A DNA stretch of 64,000 nucleotides from the NCBI RefSeq assembly GCF_006345805.1, contig NC_043006.1:47802001-47866000 (forward strand). The letters run 5' to 3'. The notes under the pieces were generated by a model that saw only the letters and a program-made list of their open reading frames with translations, ran no database searches and had not been told where the DNA came from. This DNA is from Octopus sinensis (taxonomy: Eukaryota). Every line of letters starts with the position of its first letter. Position 1 is the first letter of the stretch. Position numbers and translations under genes: made by a program. Of the stretch, positions 40,930 to 52,900 are shown piece by piece.

Positions 40930-41091
40930 TACGGGATCCGGATAACAACCCCACCCACCATCCAGGACAAAACCCCTTCGGACACCACCACCCCCAGACA
41001 AAACCCCAGTGACATTTTTTCTTGTGACTTTTTCTCTGTGACATTTTTTTTACTGTGACATTTTACCTGTGACTTTTTTACCTGGATTCGT
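40930..41091. repeat. Short element with ~15-bp internal tandem units (MITE-like)
   Basis: GGACAAAACCCC-like units x4, then GTGACATTTTT-like units x6; imperfect termini GGATCC...GGATTC. Confidence 0.5.
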
Positions 41092-41390
41092 GATTGCACC
41101 TAGAAAGTTATCCTCCGAGGCACAAGACCGAGGAAGGTGGTTTGTGGAAGATCAGCTGTCACCCATGCATACCGGCCTCGCTTCTCCGCGCCACCGATGT
41201 TGTCCATGAAAAAGGCAAACGCCAATACAGTTTAGCACCAGTGAAGACGCAGCTCATTACTGCAGTTGAGTGTACAGGAGCAACGTGAAAGAAAGGCTCT
41301 TGCTCCAGAGTACAACACGATTCGTTCCGGGAATCGAACTCACAACCTCACAATTTTAAGTTCGACGCTCTAACCACTGAGTCGTGCGCC
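41092..41390 (-). mobile_element. SINE group 1 (head B-like, tail type 3), diverged
   Basis: Reverse-complement homologue of 54263-54570. Confidence 0.8.
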
Positions 41391-41866
41391 GTCACACGCA
41401 TGTGAGCGCAATAAAACAAGCGCTGAAACAGACAGAGACAAAATCACACATATTTTGGTTAAAATTTTGATACAAACCAGCAATTCAAGGGAGGAGATAA
41501 ATCGATTACATCGACCCCACCCCCGGGCTCAAATGGTACTTATTTTATCGAACCCGAAAGGATGAAAGGCAAAGTCTACCTCGGCGGAATTTGAACTCGG
41601 GATGTAAAGACGGACGAAATATTGATAAGCATTTTTGCCCGGCGTGGTAACAATTCTACTAGCCCGCAGCCTTAATGTAACACATATATTGCTAGCAGTA
41701 CCCCTGTTCCAGACAAGTATTCCATGAGCCATGATTGAATTCATCTATCAATGAGAAATCAACTACATATTACGTAGATGAAACCCTACTCAAATCACAC
41801 CGCTGTATCCTAAATGATACATGACACAATTAATGATGTAACCCTAATAGAAATTACAACTAGAAT

Positions 41867-42131
41867 TTCAAGGGTGTGGCTAAGTCGATTACATCGAGCC
41901 CAGGGCGAGCTGGCAGAAACGTTAGCGCGTCGGGCGAAATGCTTAAAGGTGTTTCGTCTGCCGTTACGTTCTGAGTTCAAATTCCGCCGAGGTCGACTTT
42001 GCCTTTCATCCTTTGGGGGTCGATAAATTAAGTACCAGTTATTCACTGGGGTCGATGTAATCGACTTAATTCCTTTGCCTGTTCTTGTTTGTTACCTGTA
42101 TGTTTAGCCCCTTGTAGGCAATAAAGAAATA
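41867..42131 (+). mobile_element. Group 3 SINE monomer (tail A) with short 5' inverted piece and probable 18-bp TSD
   Basis: AGAAATTACAACTAGAAT (41849-41866) versus AGAAATTGCAACTAGAAT (42132-42149). Confidence 0.85.
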
Positions 42132-43352
42132 AGAAATTGCAACTAGAATCTATGTTTAAATCACAACGGAATATCATAAGGAATATACTATTTGACTACA
42201 TCTTGCTTTAAGGATTATATCCTTAAAGCAAGACGTAGCCGCAACTGGAAAGTTTCTGCAAAAAGGCTTTTTAACGAGGACTGATAATACTACCACTGCT
42301 CTATTAGTATATTGCCACACGATTCACAACAAACATCAATGAATATTTTACGATCACCTGCAATGAAGGGAGCATCACAAGCAAGCCAGAAACGAGACAA
42401 CTCAGAATTACGGAAACCTACAGACATAGACACACAGACGAAACACATAGAGTTGCAGTCAAACGAACACACAGACACACAAAGACACGAACACACAGAC
42501 TTAAAGAAGGAAATACAAGAACTCATAAAACAGCAGGAAAATAAGAGTAAAAAAACAACGAAATGAAAAATTATAGAGAGATAAGACACCCCAGTTTGAA
42601 AGGACTAAGTGGTAAGTCATAATTTTGTAAAGACTGTAACTGAGAAAAATTATTGTTTGAACTTTGCAAGATTAAAAAAAAAAGGAAAAATAATATAAAA
42701 TTTGAAACTGTTAAATGAACAGGATTTCTTTTTTTTTTCTTTTTTTTTGAGCACTGTGATAAAAATTTGGTTTTCTTTAAAGGAAAAGAAATAAGGACTG
42801 TATAAACATTGTTTTAAAAAGTTTATAATGGTAGGTCAGAAGCAAAGAGGAAAGTAGCGGTTTCGCCTTGGAGCGAGGATAGAGGTTGTGTTAAAGGACT
42901 ACACGGTTTCATCTCGCAGTGGGAGCGAGATGGCCGTCTCATGTGCATTGTAAATATATTCATTTCATATTCATCCTTCATATGTTTTATGTTCCCGCAT
43001 GACTTTGTATGATCCCTCTGTATTTAGGACTTGTATTTAGGCTCCGATTGGTGGTTGCAGGAATACCTGCAGGCCGGAGAAGAGTTAATTGAGGGAGTAA
43101 TGTAAGAGGTTTATCGCCTCCATATGTATGTGTATAAATTTTTGTGATGGACTTCTCGTCCATATAGAGGTTTAAAACCTCTATAGATGTTGTTTTTAAC
43201 GAACAATGTTTTAGAAAAGCACTGGGGGCGGTGGACCATTTCTGTCTTCTCTCATCTTTATCATTTTGTATTGTTATCATCCGCCTCATTAATGTCTTGT
43301 CCAGCCCACAGCTACTCTGCATGCTGCCTTTATGGCAAATAAAATGAAATAA

Positions 43353-43549
43353 AGTAGCTTCCTTACCAGCCACATGGTTCCGAGTTCATTCCCACTGCAT
43401 GGCACCTTGGGCAAGCGTCTTCTACTATAGCCTCGGGCAGACCAAAGCCTTGTGAGTGGATTTGGTAGAGGGAAACTGAAAGAAACCCGTTGTATAAATG
43501 TATATATATATATATATATATATGTATATGTGTGTGTATGTTGTGTGTC

Positions 43550-43596
<47 letters not shown>

Positions 43597-43822
43597 GGGG
43601 TGGGGTTGTGTTTGTCCACCCAACATCGCTTGACAACGGATGCTGGTGTATTTACGTCCCCCGTAACTTAGCGGTTCGGCAAAAAAGACCGATAGAATAA
43701 GTATTAGGCTTCCAAAGAATAAGAATAAGTCCTGGAGTCGATTTGCTCGACTAAAAAGGTGGTGATCCAGCATGGCCGCAGTCAAATGACTGAAACAAGT
43801 AAAAGAGTAAAGAGTAAAGAGT
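43353..43822 (+). mobile_element. SINE group 2, near full length
   Basis: Family match with (AAAGAGT)n tail. Confidence 0.9.
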
Positions 43823-43824
43823 AC

Positions 43825-44076
43825 GCCAACAGCAACACCACTAATAGCACTAAGGCCATGACCAACAACACCGACTCCACCAATGTCATCACCACAACCA
43901 TCAACACAATCAACAGCAACAACACTACCATTGTCACCATTAATACCTATTTCTTTATTACCCACAATACCATCTCTACTACCACCACTACCACTGCCAA
44001 AGATTCTACCACCATCACTACTACCACCCCTGCCCCCACCTCTACCACCATCACTACTGACACTGCAGCTACTACT

Positions 44077-44118
<42 letters not shown>

Positions 44119-44200
44119 AACCACCACTACCACAACTACCACTATCACCACTACCACTATCACCACTACCACTATCACCACTACCACTATCACCACCACA
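43825..44200. repeat. Degenerate (CAC/CAA/TAC)n trinucleotide tract
   Basis: Direct reading; it produces poly-T/V/H pseudo-ORFs. Confidence 0.9.
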
Positions 44201-44212
44201 ATTATCAACATA

Positions 44213-45364
44213 TATTTCTTTATTGCCCACAGGGGACTAAACATAGAGGGGTGAAACAAGGACAGACAAAGGGTTAAAGTCGATTACCTCGACTCCAGTG
44301 CGTAACTGGTACTTATTTAATCGATCCCGAAAGAATGAAAGGCAAAGTCGACCTCGGCGGAATTTGAACTCAGTACGTAGCGGCAGACGAAATACCTATT
44401 TCTTTACTACCCAGAAGGGGCTAAACACAGGGAGGACAAACAAGGAGAGACAAAGGGATTAAGTCGATTACATCGACTCCAATGCGTAATTGGTACTTAA
44501 TTAATCGACTCCGAAAGGATGAAAGGCAAAGTCGACCGCGGCGGAAGTTGAACTCAGTACGTAGCGGCAGACGAAATACCTATTTCTTTACTACCCACAA
44601 GGGGCTAAACACAGAGAAGACAAACAAGAACAGACAAACGGATTAAGTCGATTACATCAACCTCAGTGCGTAACTGTTACTTATTTAATCGACCCCGAAA
44701 GGATAAAAGGCAAAGTTGACCTCGGTGGAATTTGAACTCAGAATGTAGCTGCAGACGAAATACCTATTTCTTTACAAACCAATAGGGGCTACACACAGAG
44801 GGGACAAACAAGGACAGACAAACGGATTAAGTCGATTACATCGACACTAATGCGTAACTGGTACTTATTTAATCGACCCCGAAAGGATGAAAGGCAAAGT
44901 TGACCTCGGCGGAATTTGAACTCAGAACGTAGCGGCAGACAAAATACATATTTCTTTACTACCCACAAGGGGCTACACACAGAGAGGACAAACAAGGACA
45001 GACAGACGGATTAAGTCGATTATATCGATCCCAGTGCGTAACTGGTACTTATTTAATCGACCCTGAAAGTATGAAAGGCAAAGTCGACCTCGGCGGAATT
45101 TGAACTCAGAATGTAGCGGCAGACGAAATACCTATTTCTTTACTACCCAAAAGGGACTACACACAGAGGGGACAAACAAGGACAGACAAACGGATTAAGT
45201 CGATTACATCGACATTAATGCGTAACTGGTACTTATTTAATCGACCCCGAAAGGATGAATTGCAAAGTCGACCTCGGCGGAATTTGAACTCAGAACGTAG
45301 CGGCTGACGAAATACCGCTAAGCAATTTCGCCCGGCACGCTAACGCTTCTGCCATCTCGCCGCC
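44213..45364 (-). mobile_element. Group 3 SINE hexamer: six 184-bp units with one complete tRNA-like head
   Basis: TATTTCTTTA unit starts at 44213, 44397, 44581, 44765, 44949 and 45133; the full head is present only at ~45317-45364. Confidence 0.95.
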
Positions 45365-46324
45365 ATAACATAACTAGTATGATCACCAAAGCGTCAACGA
45401 AGTTATCGAGATAGCCCCACCCCCATCAGTGGCACATCAACATCACCCCCTAACAAGCAACATGAACGCTATTGTCAGCATCATAACACCGCCGCAGCTA
45501 TCTTTTCCATCACCGCCACCACCACCACCACCACCACCACCACCTCCATCACAATCATCATTAACACAACCTTCTCTTCCACCAATATCAGCATCAACAT
45601 TATCTCACTACCATCGTAACACAAGCATCAAATGGGATGGTCACGGTTAAAATGGACAACAATCGCAGTTCATTTCGAGCAGAGCTGACCGACCTGATAG
45701 GCTAAACGAAAACAACAGTACGACCGCCAAAAATGTCACACTACGACCTTCTGATGCCCAATCAACACAAACACCATTATGACGACGACGCCATCATTAC
45801 CCCCCACAACAATCAACAAAACAACGAAAAAAAAAAAACATCCCCAGCACCATCACCACCACCACCACCACCGCTATCACCACTACCACTACCATTTACA
45901 CTCCACGCTCAAACACTCACGCGCTACGTCACTTTTACTCATTTATCCTCCCACCGTTCAATCGTTACTATAACCATCCCTGCCACTTATTGTACTCCCC
46001 ACTCATTCATCTACAATCGACCTCCAAAAGCTATTTAACAATAGAAGACACCCCTGCCTCCTTTGCGAACCTATTACTTTCATTCTCGTACACACACTCT
46101 CTCTCTCTCTCTCCCACTTTACCCCCTCCCTCCCTCCCTCCCTCTCTCTCTTTCTCTCGCTTTCTCTCTCTCTCTTTTCTTTCCCTACATCCGTTCTTTC
46201 CTTTTACCCGTTCAATTGTTCATTTTGTTTGCCAACTTTTATTCCTCCTACCCTTTTTATATCGCTGTCATTTAGTAACCACGCTTTGTTTACATTCTCA
46301 ATAGTCACCCTCTCTCTCTCTCTC

Positions 46325-46362
<38 letters not shown>

Positions 46363-46669
46363 ATTACTTCTGCCTTCTATCTCATGTTCTTTCTGTTTGC
46401 AGTTTCTTCTCTATTTTCTTCTTCAAATATGATCAACTTCCTCCGTTTCGGTTCCTCGTCTCCCTCAATATTTATCCAACTCGCTCAATCCAGCTCGACT
46501 CACACCTAATTTATCAATGTACTACGATACATTCTCCCTCACACAGTATTTTAAACCAGCCACGTCCTACTTCATTGTGACATCATTTATATTCTCCTCT
46601 GTTCATTCACTACTTCCATATTTCTTTAACATCGTCGTAACAGTAGTAGTAGTAGTAGTAGTAGTAGTA

Positions 46670-46702
<33 letters not shown>

Positions 46703-47100
46703 ATGTAGCGGAGGCGGTTGTCGTCGCCTCGAACTCGTTGCTGATGGTTTGTCACAGTTTCTAAACACCAGCACAAATCTATCAATGCTGGTAGAGTGAA
46801 CGAAGTGAAAGCTATAATTTATTTTATCAACAACGAAAAGACTAAAATGCACAAACCAATTTTTTTTTCAGGATTTAAACTCAGAACAGAGAAATGTTGA
46901 AATGATGAAATACTGCATGTACATTTTCCTCGGCCTCTATAAAGAGCAATAACGGTTTCTGATTGAGGTATAAAGCCAAAAATTTAGTAGGGATAAAAAG
47001 CAGTATGTATTTCGGCGGAATTTGAACTCAGAATGTAATGCCTAACAAAATATCGTTAAGCAGATTGTTCGACGTGTTAACGGTTCTGCCAGCTCACCGC

Positions 47101-47139
<39 letters not shown>

Positions 47140-47189
47140 GAAGCGAAGTTGCTTACTTATCGACCCATCATGCCCGTTTCATTCCAGGA

Positions 47190-47527
47190 TTGTAAAGAAA
47201 GAGAAAGAAAAGCAAAAAAAGGCAATCCCATAAAATTTGAAGTAGGAAGAATTTGGTACATGAGAAGAGTAAAGGTTATGCCTATAATAATTGGTGCGTT
47301 GAGAATAGTAAGTAAAGATATTGGAAAATGGCTGAAGGAGATTGAAACAGAATACCCGGTAGAGCTCCAACAGAAAGTTTATCTCTTAGGGACGGCACGG
47401 ATTATCACGAGCGTCCTAGGAACTTGAATAACTGCTGAAAACTTGCGGATACATAAGGTTACAGATAGTAGCCCGCTATCTACATAATCCCTACCAGGAA
47501 TAAGACTGAGCCTGAGACAAATCAAAA
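47190..47527 (+). mobile_element. RLE retrotransposon family 1, 3' end, (TAA)n tail
   Basis: FEVGRIWYMRRVKVMPIIIGALRIVSK..LQQKVYLLGTARII..VLGT* followed by a 3' UTR and (TAA)n. Confidence 0.85.
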
Positions 47528-47541
47528 TAATAATAATAATG

Positions 47542-47592
<51 letters not shown>

Positions 47593-48100
47593 GGCACACA
47601 CCAGAAAAGGTCACAGAAAACGAGAAAGCAACCATACTCTGGGATATGCCGATACACACAGATAGAGAAAAATTAAGGCCAACAGACCAGATATAGTTGT
47701 CAGAGATCAGGAAGAAAAAAAATGCTTTCTAATTGATGTATCAATACCGGCAGATGACAACGTGTCTCTAAAAGAAATGGAGAAACTCTCAAAATACAAA
47801 GACCTGGAAATAGAGATAACTAGAATGTGGAACCTGAAAACAGAAACAATTCCTATCATAGTAGGTGCATTAGGCATGATAAAAAAATATTCAGACAAAT
47901 ACATAACAAAAACACCAGGACTTACAAACACATATAACATACAGAAAATTGCACTACTAGGCACTGCACACATCCTACGCAGAACACTTTCCATACAACA
48001 ACCATCAGAGCATCACAACAAATCACAGCACATACCCAAGGCACACAGAGCTGCGCTCGGTAGTGAAGTGAAAGCACGCTATAAAAATAAAACTACTGAA
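47593..48100 (+). mobile_element. RLE (R4/Dong-like) retrotransposon family 2, 5'-truncated 3' end within (TAA)n
   Basis: HTPEKVTENEKATILWDMPIHTDRE/IKANRPDIVV..CFLIDVSIP..KLSKYKDL..IPIIVGALG..QKIALLGTAHILRR: a PD-(D/E)xK restriction-like endonuclease with one frameshift. Confidence 0.93.
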
Positions 48101-48156
48101 TAATAATAATAAATAGTAATAACAATAATAATAATAGTAATAATAATAATCATAAT

Positions 48157-48641
48157 CATGTACATTGTTTTGTTTCGGTATAAAAGATAGGTTACAATTA
48201 TTCTGCTCCATACCACAGATTTGCTTGTCAGTTGTTTGACCTTAACCAGTTGACCATGTCCCTTAGTGGCTGACGATATGTGCATCTCTGATCACAAGCA
48301 GGAGTAGTGGGGGAGCATCATAGTCGTGTGTTGAAAGGAATTCTTGGAGGTTTGGAAAATTCACCTTTGGAAACAAAGATGGTTTGTTCAACATCCTTAA
48401 ACAATCCTTATTCAGGGACCTTTTGAGCGGGATGGGCTACTCGACCAGAAGAAAATTCTAACTGGGCCCCACCTGCAAGGACATACGCTGTTTATCTTGA
48501 TTTGAGATAACCATGTCACGCACATTTGGTTGCGATGCATGTGCCTGGTTTGCCCTTATCAGACGGGTAGTCATGATGAGTATACTGGGCTTCGTATATT
48601 TTACCCCAGTATCACTGATGGCATGCATTGCTCTTTCACTC
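48157..48641 (+). mobile_element. RLE family 3 3' UTR flanked by (TAA)n
   Basis: Homologous to 31490-31955 and 32120-32360; ends CTCTTTCACTCAATAATAAT. Confidence 0.8.
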
Positions 48642-48660
48642 AATAATAATAATAATAATG

Positions 48661-48691
<31 letters not shown>

Positions 48692-49586
48692 TAATAATAA
48701 TAATAATAATAATAATAATATAATAATAATATAATAATAATAGTGATGATGATGATAATAATAGACCTTTCTACTATAGGCAAAAAGCCTCAAATTTTGG
48801 GAGAGGGGCCTGTCAATTAGATTGTTTCGTTTGTCGTAGATAATCATTCTGATTTTGTTTTTTTCATTTGTAGCATTCAAATTAATTTTTCAAAATATTT
48901 TTTCCCTTTGTTTTTAAATTGTACAAGCGTGCTACAACTTCTATTGTCTATAAATGTTCAATGTCTTTGCTTTTTCTCTGCCATATCAGGAAAACAATTT
49001 TCAGAAAGATATTTTCGGGGTTTGTTTGTTTACTTTACGAAAGTCGCAGTTGCAGCCCGTCTGGCCAATACATTTACCTACAATTTTTGGGCTTACCGTT
49101 TTGTCACGGGTTTGAATATTGCATATGGCTATTTATCAAATACATTTACACATCATGAATTGTCCTAAGACTGGATTACAAAAAAGCTTTATGCAAAACG
49201 AGAACAAAATGACCGTCTGGTAAAAATATTAATAATTTGCTCGGGAACTCTGACAAAGGTATCCGTTCACTTCAACAGACAGCAATGCTTATGATGATGA
49301 TGATGATGATAATGATGTTAATGATGATGATGATGATTATGATGATGATTATGGTGATGATAATGAAAATAACGAAAACAAACAGCAACAAGAACAACAA
49401 CAATGATAATAATAAGAATAATGTTGCCGTCGCTTTTGTTGTAGTTATAAACGGATTTATGGAAGAGCTTCAAATGAAATACTATATCGTGTCATGCGGC
49501 AGATCTGCTATAAATCAGTGTACTTGTTTCTTCTAAAAACACGATGAATCAGAAATAATTCAGTTCTTTGTTTTTTTTCCAAAAAT

Positions 49587-49751
<165 letters not shown>

Positions 49752-50294
49752 GTATACATAAATAAAAATAAAAATACTTTTTGCAACTTCTAACAACGTA
49801 TGAAGTAACATCTAATATGTATGTCTAAGTATTTCACACAAACATATTCTGGGATAATTGAAAAAACAAAAAACATAGAATATAAACACTTGAAATCACA
49901 AACATCAAAGGCACACCGTTTCTACTGTACAATATTATTGAGAAACTTACAGAAAATTATTTAATATTTATTAAAAAGAAGAAAGCAACGAAAACCGTAT
50001 GATTCGCAAATACACATATGCTTTTGTAAACTTTTAATAAAACCGAGGGGAGGAAAACACTATATTTACAACTTGCTACTAAAACACACGGTGTCAAATA
50101 TAACTAAGAGTTAATCTACGTATAATTCCTACAAAACTGAAAGCTCATTTCTAAGAGGTCAAGCAGAACATCGAGAGCAAGAATGAGATCAGTCAATGAG
50201 GCCTGGCAAATTTATGGAAATTTCCCTTCTTTCCAAGGCTGAAGTATTTTAAATGTCACCTAAAATGACTAAATGATACTCGCTTTTTTTTTTT

Positions 50295-50518
50295 TACTTT
50301 TTTACTGGTTTCAGTCATTTGACGGCGGCCATGCTGGAGCACCGCCTTTAGTCGAGCAAATCGACCCCAGGACTTATTCTTTGGAAGCCTAGTTCTTATT
50401 CTATCGGTCTCTTTTGCCGAACCGCTAAGTTACGGGCACATAAACACACCACCATCGGTTGTCATGCGATTTGGGGAGGGGAACAAACACGGACACACAA
50501 ACACACACACATACATAT

Positions 50519-50612
<94 letters not shown>

Positions 50613-50706
50613 ATCAATATATGGTAGCAAAAAAATTCAAGAAAAATTTTCTGCAACCAGCGGTCAAGTGAGAAAATAGAAATAGTCGCCTACTATATAT
50701 TATATT

Positions 50707-50774
<68 letters not shown>

Positions 50775-50916
50775 GACGGGCTTCTTTCAGTTTCTGACAA
50801 GGCTTTGGTCGGTCCGAGGCTATAGTAGAAGGCACTTGCCCAAGGTTCCACGCAGTGGGAATGAACCCGGAACTATGTGGTTGGAAAGCAAACTATCACA
50901 CAGCACTCCTGCGCCT
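50295..50916 (-). mobile_element. SINE group 2 with a ~95-bp foreign insert in its TA tract
   Basis: Family halves at 50295-50510 and 50773-50916; unrelated sequence at ~50613-50710. Confidence 0.88.
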
Positions 50917-52539
50917 ATACACTACCAAAATAAGTATGTGTAGAGTGTAAGAACGTCATTTTTGACTCATTGTAGAGCATTCATGTCTACGGTGTCATAA
51001 AGAGAGAATGATATGTTTGGAACTTCGAAATAATCTTCCTCAAAAATACAACTTCGACTCCACCACCAGGCACAAATTCTGTAGTCATCCTTGTATATAA
51101 GTGGGCCTTTAATTTAACTACCCCGAAATGATGAAGAACGAAGTTGATCCTAATGGGATATCAACCCAATAAATAAATAACAATTTCTGTCACTGCGGGA
51201 CCGAAACCTAAATGGAAGGGGAAAAGGTAGATGGTTGGAGGAGGTGAAGGAAGAAGAAGAAGAAGAAGAAGAAGAAGAAGAGAAGAAGAAGAAGAAGAAG
51301 AAGAAGAAGAAGAAGAAGAAGAAGAATCTGCAACTAAATAGCGCAAAACATTTTATCGGAGCACAAACGCTTCTGGCGTGTCGCTATAATACGCATGTCC
51401 AGAGTAGAAAAGAGAACCACTGTGACTAAAGAATTCCCTCACAATAATTAATAAATATCTGTAGTGGTTATAAAAATATTTACGCAAAAAATTATAGAAG
51501 AAATTCTATGATAAACGGAATTATATCAAAGTATATGTTTGTCTGATATAAAATATCAATAGAACTGATCAAATTGAGTAACCAGTTAGTACACAAATAC
51601 ATAAAAAGTGAACGGCAGTTACCGGCAGAATTAAACACCACAATAAAGGAAAAATAGAAAAATAGAAATATAAGGGAGTGGTATGATTCTGACCTGCTAT
51701 GAATAGCAGCCAAATAACCCTCAAACTATGCTCTGTCGTCTTAAAAATACGTATTAGGTAATGTAGATCGCGATGCACTTGTCATAAAAAGTAAAAGAAA
51801 GCGAAAGTTATGGGTTAGGTACGTTTTGTCATAGCTTTGATCGATCAAATTTGACGTGGGCCTAAGCAAAAACCCGATTAAGTATATGTATATGAAATGT
51901 TTGACTAAGAAAATATTATGTAAAAATACTCAGAGCTGAATGAGGCTTCAAGATTTTTTGATAAAGCTGAATAAAAATGTAACACTTGATAACATTTCCG
52001 AGATTTGAATATTTTTAACATGAATACTTGACAAAATATATGCTTTCATATACACACAAAGCAGAGGAATAATGTTTCTTATGAATAAAGAATTCCCTCA
52101 CAATCGGAGATCAGCAGATATCGTGTTTTCGCTAATGGCTTTCCATTGTTTTCACTTGGGGAAAAGATGGCGGCAGATACTTACACCAACTTAAGATCTA
52201 CAGAAATTTTAAGACAGGTGTTTAAGAAAATGTAAGAAGTGTATTGCTGCACTAGGAAAATCATTGACAACATTTATAACTAGTATAAACATTACAGAAA
52301 AATACATTCTAACACACATAAGAATTGGAAGCTGAGGAAGCGGACGGAGGGATAGCTATGAGTCAGGAAAATAAAGAATACAGAATAAAAGATGAACATG
52401 CTTGACTAAAATATGAACACCTATTGAAGAAATAGAACTACTGATCACATGATCTACATGGGACTTCGTCTTTATTTCATTAATTACAGTAAAGTTCGCT
52501 GTGATGTTTGTTGTTGCTGCTGCTGCTGCTGTTGCTGTT

Positions 52540-52712
52540 GAGAGAAGCGGTCTTCGTCCCAGAGTGGGAGAAGTCCGAAACGTGGTTCTTTGCTATTCGT
52601 AAGACCCGCAGAAGAGAAAGCAGGTCAACCCCCGACATCGAGAGCATCGATGGATGGATGAATGTGCATCCAGGCTCAGCAGTTACGTAGGAAGTCGGAG
52701 AGCTGCTGCCTC
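52540..52712 (-). mobile_element. Probable retroposon 3' tail embedded in (CAA/CAG)n
   Basis: GC-rich ~170-bp block with trinucleotide repeats on both sides; single copy in this window, so the family is unconfirmed. Confidence 0.4.
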
Positions 52713-52743
52713 TGTTGTTGTTGTTGTTGTTGTTGTCGCTGCT

Positions 52744-52900
52744 GCTTAGCAGTATTTCGTCCATCTTTACGTTCCGAATTCAAAATTCCGCCGAGGTCGA
52801 TTTTGCCTTTCACCCCTTCGAGGTCGATAAAATAAATAGCTGTTGAACACTGGGCTCGATGTAACCGACTTTTCTCCCACCCCGAAATTGCTGGCCTTCA
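52744..52900 (+). mobile_element. Group 3 SINE, 5'-truncated, tail B-like
   Basis: GCTTAGCAGTATTTCGTCC...CCGCCGAGGTCGATTTTGCCTTTCACCCCTTCGAGGTCGATAAAAT. Confidence 0.85.

Noticed and set aside
43549-44277. Long ORFs (236, 172 and 123 aa) as mucin-like or Gly-rich proteins
   Set aside because: They are translations of trinucleotide repeats open on both strands and run into SINEs.
44213-45364. CRISPR array or integron-like cassette array
   Set aside because: Whole units are homologous, with no unique spacers or cargo; no cas or integrase genes; eukaryotic SINE context.
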